From NCBI RefSeq assembly GCF_022539665.2, contig NC_081333.1:8556001-8620000 (forward strand): DNA of 64,000 bases. The letters run 5' to 3'. Under the pieces are notes generated by a model. That model worked only from the letters and a program-made list of their open reading frames with translations, ran no database searches and was not told the origin of the DNA. This document shows positions 27,875 to 40,311 of this stretch, in pieces (position 1 is the first letter of the stretch; every line of letters begins with the position of its first letter). This DNA comes from Daphnia carinata. Lineage: Eukaryota. Position numbers and translations under genes: made by a program.

Positions 27875-29966
27875 TCAAAGTTCATGATGTTCATAATCTA
27901 GCCGCATTGACGGAAGAGGTCCGTTTAGAATCTGTTCACAGTTCTCTCGATACTTGGCCTGCCACATAAGCAAAAAGGTCACACAAAGTTATCGGGAGCA
28001 TGAACTGTACGAAAGTAAATACCTCGCAATCTGTAGTGCCACCAAACGCCGCTTGGTACAGAGCATCGAAAGTTGGCATTCCCCTGTTGTTTGTTTTGCT
28101 CAAAGCCCAAACAACAACAGTACTGTAAGAACACACGTTTATCAGTAACAGTTTCAGATAGTCGTGTAAAAAAAAATATATTCTTTACCTCATTGCTCGG
28201 GTGAATCCTTGTTTAAGTTCTTCCACAGATTGCACAGAGTTTGATGGAACATTGCGTAAGCATAAAATCGTCCGTGCGCATTTAGGAAAACGAGACGCAT
28301 ATCGGAAATCAGTCCAGAGATCAGCTAGCGGATCAAATATTTTGCTTTTCATAGTGTTTTGTATAATCATTGACAATTCATTTTCAGTTAGTTTATGGAA
28401 GTCCAAGCGCTCAGGTCCTGCGATGTGTAACAATGCTTTCAATTGTTTTTCCGTTTGCTTCAAGTATGGTCTCAAATTTAGTTTTGTGTTCAAATAATCT
28501 TCAGAGAGCCGTTCAACCAACAGAGAAAATGATTCGACGAAGTTCTTGTGATCGACAAGCGGATACTTGTGTTGAAACGCGAAAGCATTAAGATAAAGGA
28601 GTTTGTTCTGGATACTGTCAGGATCCAAGAAAGCTTGTAACCAATGGGCTAAGGAGGATGTAGCGCTATCAGAGAGCTGTTGGCGGATATCATCATTTAT
28701 CAGTAAATCCAGTGTAGTCTCAACATCCAAACCAGTAGTTTTACGTAGGATGGCATTGATTTCATTCCAGCTTTTGGCTTCACTCAATTTGGAAAGGCCG
28801 TTGTAATAATCCAATAAGACGACAGAATCCATGTTGAGGAAGTTGGCTACAAGACGAATGAGCATTTCCGCAATGGGGTTGGAAGATTTGCTTCTACGGC
28901 TAGCCGGAGCCTCTAAACCTTGACCCATGAGTGCCGAGCCCATTTGAAGAAGCTGGCCCATATCCATGCCCGAGTTACCCAATAATGACGGAACAGATTG
29001 CAGAGGATTGTCTCGACCTGCGTTACCACCACCGAAAAGAGATGCCAATTGCAAAAGCGAGCCCAAATCAGGGCTGCTGTTTCCGCTTTTTTTCTTTCCG
29101 GAATTGTCCATATTCTTCATGTAAGCAGAGGCCATGTTGGCAACGATGTCCAGAGTGGGGTTGCTGTCATCCTGGCCCAATAGTTTCTTTCCCATACCAA
29201 CCAAGACGTCAAGAGGATCTTCTTGGTTTACCTTCTTGTAAGGTTTCTTGTTGGTTTCCTTTCTTTTTTCTTGCGATGCCGCAGGCTTTGAGGCTGTTTT
29301 GTAAGATGTTGAATCCTGTTTTGGTGGCTGAAGCTTCATTGCTGGTTGATCAAGTTTCTCCTCAGCCACTTGAAATAGATAATCCACATCGTTTTTCGCT
29401 ATTTGTTCCTGGTTAACGTATGGTGTTTCATTCGACTCCGAATTACCTGACGAACGATGGGCGGACGATTCACTGTTTCTCCTCCCCAAAGGTCCTTCTG
29501 GTAAGTGTACGTGAGGTGTTGAGGGACCTTTTTCATGTTTCTCGTTGCATTTCAAGTTGTTCTGGAACTGCTTTGCTTTCTCGTCTGACCCATCTACCGG
29601 AAGGGCGTTGTCGTCAAAAATCAAGTTGTCTAGTTCTTCTTTCCATGAATCAAGCAGACCCTCTTCTTTGATTGCCTTCAAAATGGATCTTCGCTTTTCT
29701 AACTCTGTATGGTTCTCATTTATGTCGCTTACCACTTGGCTAGCAACTTTCTGCAACTCGGCGGGTGGAATGTTTTTGAGGAGCGCTTGTAACTTTACCA
29801 TTTCCGAACCCGAAAAGAGAGAACCGATGGCATCAGCTGCTTTGCCTTGCGAGTCCCAGCCATGGATTTCCGCTTCATGAGCTAGAACGAACGGGGCTGT
29901 CACGCATATTACAGCCAGGAAGTACAAGAAACTCACAGGTGCAAGCCGGGTTTCTATGCGACACAT
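27875..29966 (-). CDS. Uncharacterised ~653 aa signal-peptide protein with a C-terminal HHEL (KDEL-like) end and a Cys-containing C-terminal domain; exons 29966-28189, 28122-28023, 27958-27875
   Basis: A 593-aa ORF with a hydrophobic leader (VSFLYFLAVICVTAPFVLA-HE) splices in frame through two GT-AG introns to ...YQAAFGGTTDCE|AKYRENCEQILNGPLPSMRLDYEHHEL*. A 5'UTR acceptor lies at ~29988. Confidence 0.8.
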
Positions 29967-31611
29967 GTTGGCGTCCCAAAATTTTACCTGAAAAACAAGA
30001 TTTTCAGCATAACAATACAGAATTTTAAAAAGCAGTTCCTAGGTTTTTTTTAGAGATTTTGGAGCAAAAAGGTCTTTTTTAATATCCAAGAACAACCTAA
30101 GGAATTACTGTGATCGCCAATAATATTTTATGTTACTTATGATGCACAACATGATGTATTAGGTGAACTGGTGGACACCCTTGCATCACTATTCGAGAGA
30201 AACAGTGCTGAGACTCGAACAGAAATTAAAAGTGCTAATGAAATTAATAGGTTTTTGAAAAATTACATACCAACTTTTACAAGATGATGAACTTCTATGG
30301 GGATTTTACTAGAGGGAGATAAGAGATGTTTCTTCAAATTGCACTCCTAACAGTCTTGCCCAAATTTGAAATCCCTGTAACATGTGAATGGCCCTGAGTT
30401 GTTCCAAACTGCACTTTTTAGCTGTACCTGCAAAACAATACGTGCAAGCCACGTATGGTTAGACAAGCTGAAGTTGTGACGTGCAGTTGTATTCTGACCA
30501 TAATGACCAACGATCACATTGCTTACCGTGATTTTTGCTGATGCAATTCGGCCACCACTAGTCAATACCGGCTTCTCTCGACGACTAGGAAATAACAACT
30601 ACGAACTGTCAAGGAAAATAACAGACAACTTTCAGTGTCAAGGTCAGCTTTTTAAGTTTTCCCCTCAGTCCTCGCCGCAGGGTCTGAAAGGAAGTTTACG
30701 TGCCATTGAACCCGGCCAAGCTGTGCTGGGCATTTTCGTTTTTTTTATACCTTACTGTTTTTCTGTTTTTCTGTTTTTCTTTCTTCTTGCCAAGGATCCG
30801 GAGCACGATGTGGAACATATAACTTTTCTTCTCGTCTTCTTTTTTAAATCTAAGTACGTACATCTGAGATTACAGTTACAATTAAAGCAAATGAAACATC
30901 GCCTGTGCGCCCAATAGCTCAACCTTAAAGATACTGGTTCCTATTTACTTAATTATGTGCCAGTATATATACCTCTGTGTTTTTTTTATTACACAAAAGT
31001 TTATTTCATTTTCTTGCGTTTTTCGTAAGCGCATCACAATTGTATCAGGAATTTCGAATTTCTGTGATAGCGAACGTAATCTCAAGCATAATGTTCTTCC
31101 TTTACCCTTTTTCTCATCTATTTTTTCCTGTGTTTCAAAACACAGTCCAACATGAGAACAGTTCCCTACAATTCAACCGGAAATCCGTTGGAACGTAGGG
31201 CAACAGCCTCCGTACTCCATCGGAGTGGTGGATCGGTTCTAATAGAAACTTCTACAATGAAAAAAATTTCCCTAATTATTTATTTGTGCATTGTACAAGT
31301 TGTACAACAGGAAATTCAGTCTAAATATTGCTGGAGTTCTATGCAAGATGCGGCACAACAACAGGTAGCAAATTGTATAATAGCATAGAATGCACAATTG
31401 ACTGCGCTGCCTTTAATCGAGTACTACACCCGTCTCCCCTACCAACGTACATTTTGTGCACCAACATAAATCTATTCTAGAGTTATTTATTATAGTAAAG
31501 TTAAAGCTCAATCACTATATTAATTCCAGTTCGAGGAATTGGCTTGTGAATAATAATTTGCGACATTTCAACGACTGACAGTGTTATCTAAACCCAACAC
31601 ATACAAATACT

Positions 31612-34454
31612 TTAGTTAGCGGATGGTTGATGCTCAAGCAGCCAATGAGTTTGCATTTCTCCTTTGCCCTATTCATTGCAAACCAAGATAAGTTTGAATC
31701 ACCATACATCGTATACTAATAGTTGTAAGGCTTACCTTAACCGCAACTAGACCTCGTTTTTGGCAGACAAATCCGGAAAACGATTGTAGGAGGCCATGAG
31801 AAGTTGACGACATTTGAATTTTCCCTGACTGCAACAATAAGGAAGAATTATCTGTTATGTGTGGGTAGATTTGATTGAAAACATGGTAAATCATATACTT
31901 CACTAGACGATTGCATTCTTGATGCGGTGTTGATAGTGTCTCCGAAAAAGCAATACCTCGGCATCTTCGATCCGACTACGCCGCCGACAGCCGAGCCAGA
32001 ATGAAAACCTATACCATGTAACATAATAGGATTGAGCTATAAATTCTCTTTTTGTTAATTTATCATTTTAAGATAAAATTTTGGTAAAACCTGTTCGAAT
32101 TCGAACGTCCATTCCGGCATTGGTCGCAAGTTCTTCAATTTCGTCTCGGAAACTTAGGGCAACTGTGACGATGAATACGATAAAAAAATTAATGAAAAAA
32201 TTCTACTTCAAAACTGTAAAAACCTTTTACCTAGTGCAATATCTCTGACATGTGAATCATTTTTTTCTGGCGCACCTCCAACGACCATGTAAACTTTTCC
32301 AACTGTCTCTACCTAATAATTCGTGTAAAACGATGGTATTATTACTTAGAGAAAAAACGCGGATCAAAACAGTTAACCCACTTTGTAAACACTGTGTCGA
32401 TCGATGACATTATCCAATTGAGAAAAAACTGCATTCATACATTTAACCATTTCCATAGCATTATCCGCGTTAATAACGAAGTTGGTAAGCTCCACAAAGA
32501 GCACTGTTATACTCTCAAAATTCTAAACAAAAGTGTAATGATCATACTAAAATATCACAATTTCTCAAGACTACCTGGCACGTATCAACTGGATGTGTCC
32601 CTCTTCGTAAATTGTCTGCGACTGACTTTGGGATCATGGAAAACAGTAGCTGATCACCCCGCTCCGTCCATTCAGCAAGCAACTGATGAGTTTTTTCCAA
32701 CTCCATCGATCGTTCTTCTGCTCGCTCATACAGGTCTTCTAGACGGGAATTATGTTGCAAACCTCCCATGACCATCTCACGACTGTTCCCGTGCATACTC
32801 AGGTCATCGATTTTAAGCCCAAGTTCATCGAGATCAGTTAGATTATTAACTATAGGGTTGCAAAGAAACATCACAGCTTCCCTATACCAATAAGAAAATG
32901 ATACACGAATTATACGTAGATAGGTAGCACAAGTTATTACGTACCAATCTTCGAGGTAGCGGAAATGCCCTTGCAGAAATAACCGACGAGTTTGGTCATC
33001 ATTATTCCTCAGCGACGTGTACGCAGGATTGCAGATTCCTTCGTCTTCTCGTTGGTTAATCAGCATCTCGAGTTCACACATAACTTTTTGCAAGCTAAGC
33101 ACCTATGACGTGATGACAGAAAATTATTGCCACGAACTGTTGTTTCGTGATAAAAAATCATTACATTGTCCCAAGTTAGGTTAACTTTCGGACGGCGCAT
33201 TTTTGCTATTCCTGGAAGATCCTGGCCAAATAATGCTTTATCTGGGAACATGATTTTCAATTGTTTTCCTGTGCTTATGATCTTAAGATCGGAGCGGAAG
33301 ATCAACCCAAAAGGGAATAGCTGCAGTAATGTATTGCTTGACAGTTGGGTTGCAGCCATCATTTTGCGTTCAAGTCCAAGATTGCTACCATTCATGTACT
33401 TCTGACTAGCCAAGTAGTCTCGATTGTTAAAGTTCAATCGAAACCTGTACTGGTTGTATTCATCTTCTCCAGAAGGCTCGCTTGGTAATTCGTGTACAGT
33501 GAGTTGAATTCCGAAGTAGTCTTCAGCAATTTGAAGTAGCAATCCTGTTACAAAGAAACACGCAATCGCATTCTTGTATGTAAGACGCTTGAATCACGCG
33601 ATATCTATGAATACCTCGAAGGTAAGGACAGAGTCCATTGCGTGGGGTTCTGTAATGTAATAAAACGCCATCCAGATCTTCGTGTGAGATGTACATGCTG
33701 GGTGAAACCATTTTCGGAAACATGTATCTCATTTGCAAATGGATATTGTCAATGCCGGTCAAGAAATCGCAAAAGTATCGACCACAAACCTAACCACAAT
33801 AGAAAATAATCACTCGGTTTCAAAGATTTATGTCAGTTCGAACAAAAAAAGGGAGGGGAAGAAGATATATAAATACCTTAATCATTTTTTCATAACCGTA
33901 CTTGTCAAAGGAGCGGATGAAACATCGTCCAAAATAATTGAGGAAATCCAATTGCGTTAATCCATTGCCGACCACTTCAACAGCTGCATTAGCTAATTGC
34001 ATCACCAAATCCTTTTAAAGAACGACCATGTTAAAAATATCTAACTATTGCGTACTATACGAAAGAAATGCTACTTACATCCGGATAAATGTGATGCGTA
34101 CAAAAAACGGTGCGTTTGCCATACTTCGTTCGTTCTAGAAGAGCATCCCATAGTTCATCACCATATTCAACCTTTCAAACATGAATGCGATACGATCACC
34201 TTTTTCAGCTACTAATTAATCGTCGAATCGTATAATGCCAAACATGCATAGGGATTTACGTATTGCACACAAGTTTAAAATACTGAAGAAGTGCTACAAA
34301 ACAAGGTGGATAAGAAAAGAAACGCTTTGAAATCCATGCAAGAGTAGGAATCATAATTTAAACCAGTAATATCATTTAGGCAATGCATTCATTTGTAAGA
34401 TGATATTTTTACCTGAAAGATGTTTTGAATAGTTTCAAATATCATGCCGTACAT
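31612..34454 (-). CDS. Atypical soluble guanylyl cyclase, Gyc89D-type, copy A (~614 aa, 13 coding exons, intact)
   Basis: [18 protein letters not shown]...; H-NOX with proximal His (DNIHLQ) and [23 protein letters not shown] ([23 protein letters not shown]); coiled coil ([11 protein letters not shown]...LLFSMIP); cyclase ([40 protein letters not shown]). All exon phases checked. Confidence 0.92.
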
Positions 34455-34607
34455 GTTGAAAATCTTTCAAAACTGTTGACACGAGGAATGGCCGAAGTTT
34501 CCGATGAACTTGAAGAAGTCAAAATGCAAGATGACGGCTCGTTACTACGTAATTGGCAGGAGATAAATGAAAAAGTTAAGTGCCTTCTTCCTTGACAGAG
34601 GGCCCAG

Positions 34608-34614
34608 TTTTATA
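34608..34614 (-). promoter_or_regulatory. Candidate TATA box (TATAAAA) for sGC copy A
   Basis: About 155 bp upstream of ATG 34454, in the sense orientation; motif match only. Confidence 0.3.
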
Positions 34615-36015
34615 CGCAGGAGGTTTTTATGCATGAGAGATGCTGGCACGCAACTTCACAGCGCCATGCGCAAGATAAAACTTTTTCCAAATGAAAGTAG
34701 TTCCGCCCCCTTCGACATTTTAACGTTGAAAAGTTACATAACCTCTCGTTTAGCTCGTAATGGCTACAGATAATGTAAATACATTTTCCCGTTTTCAAAA
34801 TCAGGCAATGATGACTTGGTCTGATGTATGTAACATCAATCCTAGAAATATTTTAGGAACGCACAACTAACGGACTACAAAAAAGACAACTTTAAAAAGT
34901 TCAAGGAAAATCAAATGACATAAAGCAGTACGAAGAAGCTTTACTTACGTAAGGACATACTCGAATCGTTGTTACATATTCCACTAAAAGTCTGCATGTG
35001 CAGGGGATGTAGCGTGTGGCTATACTCTGCAACCCCTAGTGAAAGGCCACTTCAGTGAATAACATGGAACACAAGATGACTCTTACTTTTCCCAGTAACG
35101 CACAAGAAACTGAATTTCACTGTTGGCACTTATAGTCACGGCAACTATCGTTGGCAACCAATGAATTATCTTGTGGTCGTATATGGGAAACGAATAAAAA
35201 TGTTTTTTTTTTTCGGTGAACTCATTTAATGTAAAGTTGTGGGCGTAGACTTTGTTAAAGACGAGTATAAATTTTATCCCCCTAGAGAACTTTTGGAAAG
35301 GGAGTCAAGGCGATTAGTCTCAGGCAAAATAGAAATTCCATTCGTGAAAGTCGATAGAAATCCACGCCGTTTCACGACCACCGACTCATCACCACAATTT
35401 ACTCAAAACAAATCAGTATCGTAGGCACTAACCAATTTAAAAAAAAAGGCTAAATACCTGTATACAAGGCCAGTCTAGCATTTCACTAACGCTCTTACAA
35501 CGTTCTTGTGCGGGATCGGAATAAAAGGTTGAAACCAACGTCAAAGAAAGCTATAATTTTCCTGGAACATCATTTCGATGTCAACGTTTCCTATTTCACA
35601 TCCTCGTTTTGCGTGGTTAGAAATAGTCATTCGCTCTTGAAAGAATTACCAGTATCTTGTTTCCAAGTAAGATGAATGAGCAGGGAATTGATCGTCGAGT
35701 CATTTTTTATAACGCAAATACATCAATGTTAACACCCCTTTTCCTGAAGTTCATAATAGACAACAAGTAACAACCAAACGTTACGCTAGATGAATAATTC
35801 TAAGAGGAAAAATCGGGATAGTGCGTGCCCAAACGAAAGAGACATAATGAGTAAGAAATTTCTGGCAATTTAGGATCGACAATGGAAAGAAAAGTGTGGG
35901 AATGAATTTCAAATCGTTACGTGTTTTCTTACCCAGCCTCGTTTACGGAAATTTTCTTTCTTTTTCATCCGGAATTGTCACATGTTGCGTAAAATGGTAA
36001 ATAGGGAGCTCCAAA

Positions 36016-39000
36016 CTATGTGGCACGGCAATCATCGTCATGTAACAATCGATCATGAAGTGGGTGGTACCGTAAGAGCCAATGGGTTTCCATTTCGCCT
36101 TTACCCTATTGAACGACACATGAAAAAGTTAAGTATTTTTTGGAAGCAGAAGTAGCAAAGCGTAAAATGTGGATCACCTTAACCACCACAGTTCCCCGCA
36201 TTTCACAGATAAATCCAACAAAACATTGCAAAAGGTTATAAGATTCACGAGAAATATGAATTTTGCCCGGCTAGCGAAAAAATAAAGGGAATAATTTTTA
36301 ACCATTTCCAATAAAACAACTATTGACTACGTAATGTACCAAACTTGTAGTTTGCATCCGAGCTGCAGTGTTGACGGTGTCACCAAAAAAACAATATCGT
36401 GGCTGTCTCCTTCCTAAAACTCCAGCAACCGCAGATCCGGAGTGGACACCTTCAAGCGTTACAATTTATGCTAAAATTGAACTGTTGAAATTGATGTGCT
36501 GCAAACCTATGCGAATCTGAACAGGTGTATCATTCTTCACGGACAACTCATTAATGACATCGCGAAATTCAAGGGCCACTAATCGAAATTTTAAAAATAC
36601 GTTATTTCTTTTAAATATACTTTCAGAAAGGACATACCCATGCAAACATCTTTGACGTGCGTATCATTTCTCGTCGGTGCACCTCCGACAACCACGTATA
36701 CTTTTCCTACCGTCTCCACCTGTGCAAACTAATTATACGATGCCTAAAATAAATTTTTTAAATTCTACCTTCTTACCTTGTAAATGTTGTGTTGGTCCAT
36801 TATTTTGTCCAAAGCAGAGAAAATAGCATTGATGTAACTGACGGCCTCTAGCGCACTTTTAGCCATTATATCTTCAATGTTTGTCATCTCGACAAACGAG
36901 ACAGTTATGTTGTCAAAAGCCTAAGCAAACGTTTGAGCGAAGTTTGAAAAATCTTAGCAAACGTTAAACGACAGTCACACTCACCTCGCAGGTGTCAACC
37001 GGTTCTTTGCCTCTCCGTAGGCTTTCGGCGATTGTTTGAGGAATCATAGAATACAGCAATTCGTCACCTCTTCGCTTCCATTCGTCGAGAAGTTCATGAG
37101 TTTTATGCAGCTCATTTGTTTTTTCTTCCGCTCGTTCGTACAGATCTTCCAATCTACAAGGATATCGTTTTCCATTCAAAACTGAATTTTTAAAAATTAT
37201 TTCCTATGTTTTTACCTGGAATTATGCTGCTTTCCTGCCATTACCATTTCGCGACCGTGTCCGTGTAAACTAAGATCTCCGAGAGCGAGACCCAAGTTGG
37301 ACAAGTCTTCCATATCGTTAATTCTAGAACAGAAAATGTAAAATCAGTACCAATTTTTTTAATTGCTAATAATTAATTTGCTTACAATGGATTGCATAGA
37401 TATATGATTGCTTGCCAATTTTGGATATGCCGCATTTCTCCGCGAAGAAAAGTCTTCGGGGTTCGTCGTTCGACGCAGTATCTAACAACGGACGTTTACA
37501 ACTACCGTTATGAACCAATGTCATTTCCAGTTCACAGGCGACACGTTTAAGTGTTACCAACTAGAGTCAATAAAATTTCATCAAAAGCGGATATGTAGTA
37601 AAAAGAGGTAGAAAATAATTACATTTTCCCACGTGAGGTTTAATCTGGGACGTCGTAATCGAGCAACTTCTGGTAGGATTTGTCCTATCAGTATCCGCGA
37701 CGGAAATATTTGCTTCATCAAGTGGCCAACAGAGATTATCTTCAGATCTGGGCTAAACAACAAACTGAAAGGGAAAAGCTTCAGCAAAATGCGACTAGAG
37801 AGATCAGTTGTTGCTTCTTTTCTGCAAGTTGTCGATCCGAGGAAGTTTCCTTTACGTTCGAGTGCCATGGCCCCATTTTCAATGGTCTTACAAGCCATGT
37901 AATTACGGTTGTCGAAATTGAGTCGAATTCGAAATTGGTATCCCACTTCATCGCATTCGTATGGATTTTCGGAAATCGCTGTCATGGAAAGACGAATTCC
38001 ATAGAAATCCTTTGCAACTTGCTCTAACAAACCTGTGATAAATTGTGAAAGAGGAAGATTCAAATTCATTAGATCCCTCTTCATAGGATAGACGTCTTTT
38101 CCACCAAAATTTGCAAATCAAATGAGGGGTCAAAGAATTCAACTTACCGTAAAGGAAGGGGTAGAATCCATTACGCGATGTTCTGTAATGTACGACGACA
38201 CCATGGTCATCTTCTTCCAAAACGTAAATAAAGGGATGATCCATTTTTGGGTACCTGTATTTCATATGTAGATGAACGCTGTCTATTCCGGAAAGGAAGT
38301 GGCAAAAGAAACGTCCACAACTCTATAATGAACAAAAAAAAGACAGCATATAGTAGTCTATCAAACAATTTCAGTCGTGATCATTTGATCTTAGAACTAC
38401 GTTGGCCCATTTTGTCTGTTTCACGCATCCGCACTAAATTATTACTTCTAACTGCTCATCGACACGCCTGCTTTTTGAACTTACTGCGATTTAAAACTAA
38501 AAATCAATATAATCTCTATAAAGAATATAAAGAAGTTTAGTTATTCGAAACTTGATATTACAAATACAATTTCTTCAGTTCGTCAATAAATCCTGCCGAC
38601 CTTCTTTTTCGTTGAATTGTGATTTTCCGTTATCCTCTTACACTAAAGTTTTCACGAACATACTAGATTGGCACCAGTCTTGTAGACGTACCCAAAAAAC
38701 CAATTTGTATCGTAGTCAGCATAGACGGATGAAGCCCGTCACTAAAAGAAAATAACAAAAAAAAAAAAGATTACGTCTTTTTACTTTGATTAGTGTTTCA
38801 TATTTGAAGGCCCGAGCAGCTCGTATGAAGCAGCGTCCAAAGTAAGTAAGACAATCTTCTGCGGTCGAAGCGTCAGCTATTAAGGTCACGGCGGCGTTCG
38901 CTAATTTCATAACCAATTCCTAGTCACAGAGAACGTTCGAAATTAACAGTTGATGGGTAATAAATGAGTTAGAGTATCAGCTTGTTACTTCTGGATAGAT

Positions 39001-39915
39001 GCTGTGAGTGCAAAACGTGGTGTTCTGGTAACCCGCATTTTCAAGAAGAGACAGCCATACATCATTTCCATACTCCATCTAAGTTGACGCGTGTGCATAA
39101 CACAATCAAGAATGAGATAGGAAACAAAAGTCGATAAAGAAAAGGTCTTGAATTTCTACTGCACGCGTAGCCAATTGAAATTATTAGGTGCACAACTTGT
39201 TTAGGGGAGATTAAATTCGTAAGTCCTTTCTGATTCATCTACAAAAATTGTAGCGAGAATTCAAAGTTATAGCTTTCCACAGCGTATAAATAAATAAATT
39301 AAAGCATGTTTTTCTTTCGAATTCCAGCATGTAGAACACGGTCTCCTACCGCCTGAGTAAGAATTTCCATATCAATCGACAGCTTTCCCATGAAAAGCCT
39401 TCAGCAACATACTTTTATCGGCAAGGGACCCTCAGCTCCAAAAATCGACTGCCTTGTTTTTGCCACACATTACGAAAAGGACAACCGAGGATCCAGATTT
39501 AGTTCCCAGCCTTTTCTGATGTTTCTCTGCCATATTGCACGCCCACGAATGTTATTTTCTTCTACCTACGCGCATTATTGTAAATAAAGCAACATCTGGG
39601 TTGCCGTATTCTCTAATGAAAATGTTGCGTCCTATTCGCATAGGTATAAACGTGTCATTACACTGCTATCTTATATAAACTTATGGTCCCATGAAGCTTC
39701 TAGGCATTAATAACGCTATTCACTATTTATTGCTAGCGCGTCTGTATCCTTTACGATGTACGTGCTCTTATTCTACGATTTTTAACATTTCAGTTGAAAC
39801 ATTCACTATGTGCCAGCAACTTTACGAACTGTAGTCGGAATCAAATAAATGACAAGTGGAAATAAATTTGTACCTGAATAATGGAACCTATGGTCTCGAA
39901 TATTAATCCATACAT
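36016..39915 (-). CDS. Atypical soluble guanylyl cyclase, Gyc89D-type, copy B; apparent 1-nt frameshift at ~37448-37451 (assembly error or young pseudogene)
   Basis: Exon 1 [14 protein letters not shown] (39915-39874); H-NOX DSVHLH...[15 protein letters not shown]; cyclase [26 protein letters not shown]; ends HDDDCRAT* (TAG 36018-36016). The exon 37560-37386 is 175 nt, whereas its paralogs require 3n+2. Confidence 0.85.
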
Positions 39916-40303
39916 TTTCGAAGAGATCCGATCCCAACAAAGTCGGAAGGTGGAAATAAATCGATTCTGTTGTGACTTTCAATAGATGAGGCCTAGCTTC
40001 TATCGAAGAACTCGGAGACAAAAAAATGATAGGATTTAGTCTCGAGTGGCAATCTTGATGCTTGAGTAATAGCACTTTTTTTTTACCGTTTCCTTCATCC
40101 ACACCTGTTACTTAGCTGACAAGTACCCTTTGCGTAGCCTTACAAAAATCAGTTTAGTAGAAGAAATGCGTAGAAGTGGAGGCTGAAAAAGACAAGAAAA
40201 TGGCTTTCAAGTTATCACTGTTCTTTTTGTCCCGATGAATGCAATTTGTTTCTTACCTGTGGAAGGAAACGCGTCTTTTGATTTATCCGACGTATGTTAC
40301 GCG

Positions 40304-40311
40304 CTTATATA
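40304..40311 (-). promoter_or_regulatory. Candidate TATA box (TATATAAG) for sGC copy B, followed by a likely short non-coding exon ending CAG|gtaaga at ~40257
   Basis: Motif plus a strong splice donor ~50 nt downstream, upstream of coding exon 1. Confidence 0.35.

Noticed and set aside
28201..29880. Several plus-strand ORFs of 60-160 aa
   Set aside because: Antisense shadows of the long minus-strand exon.
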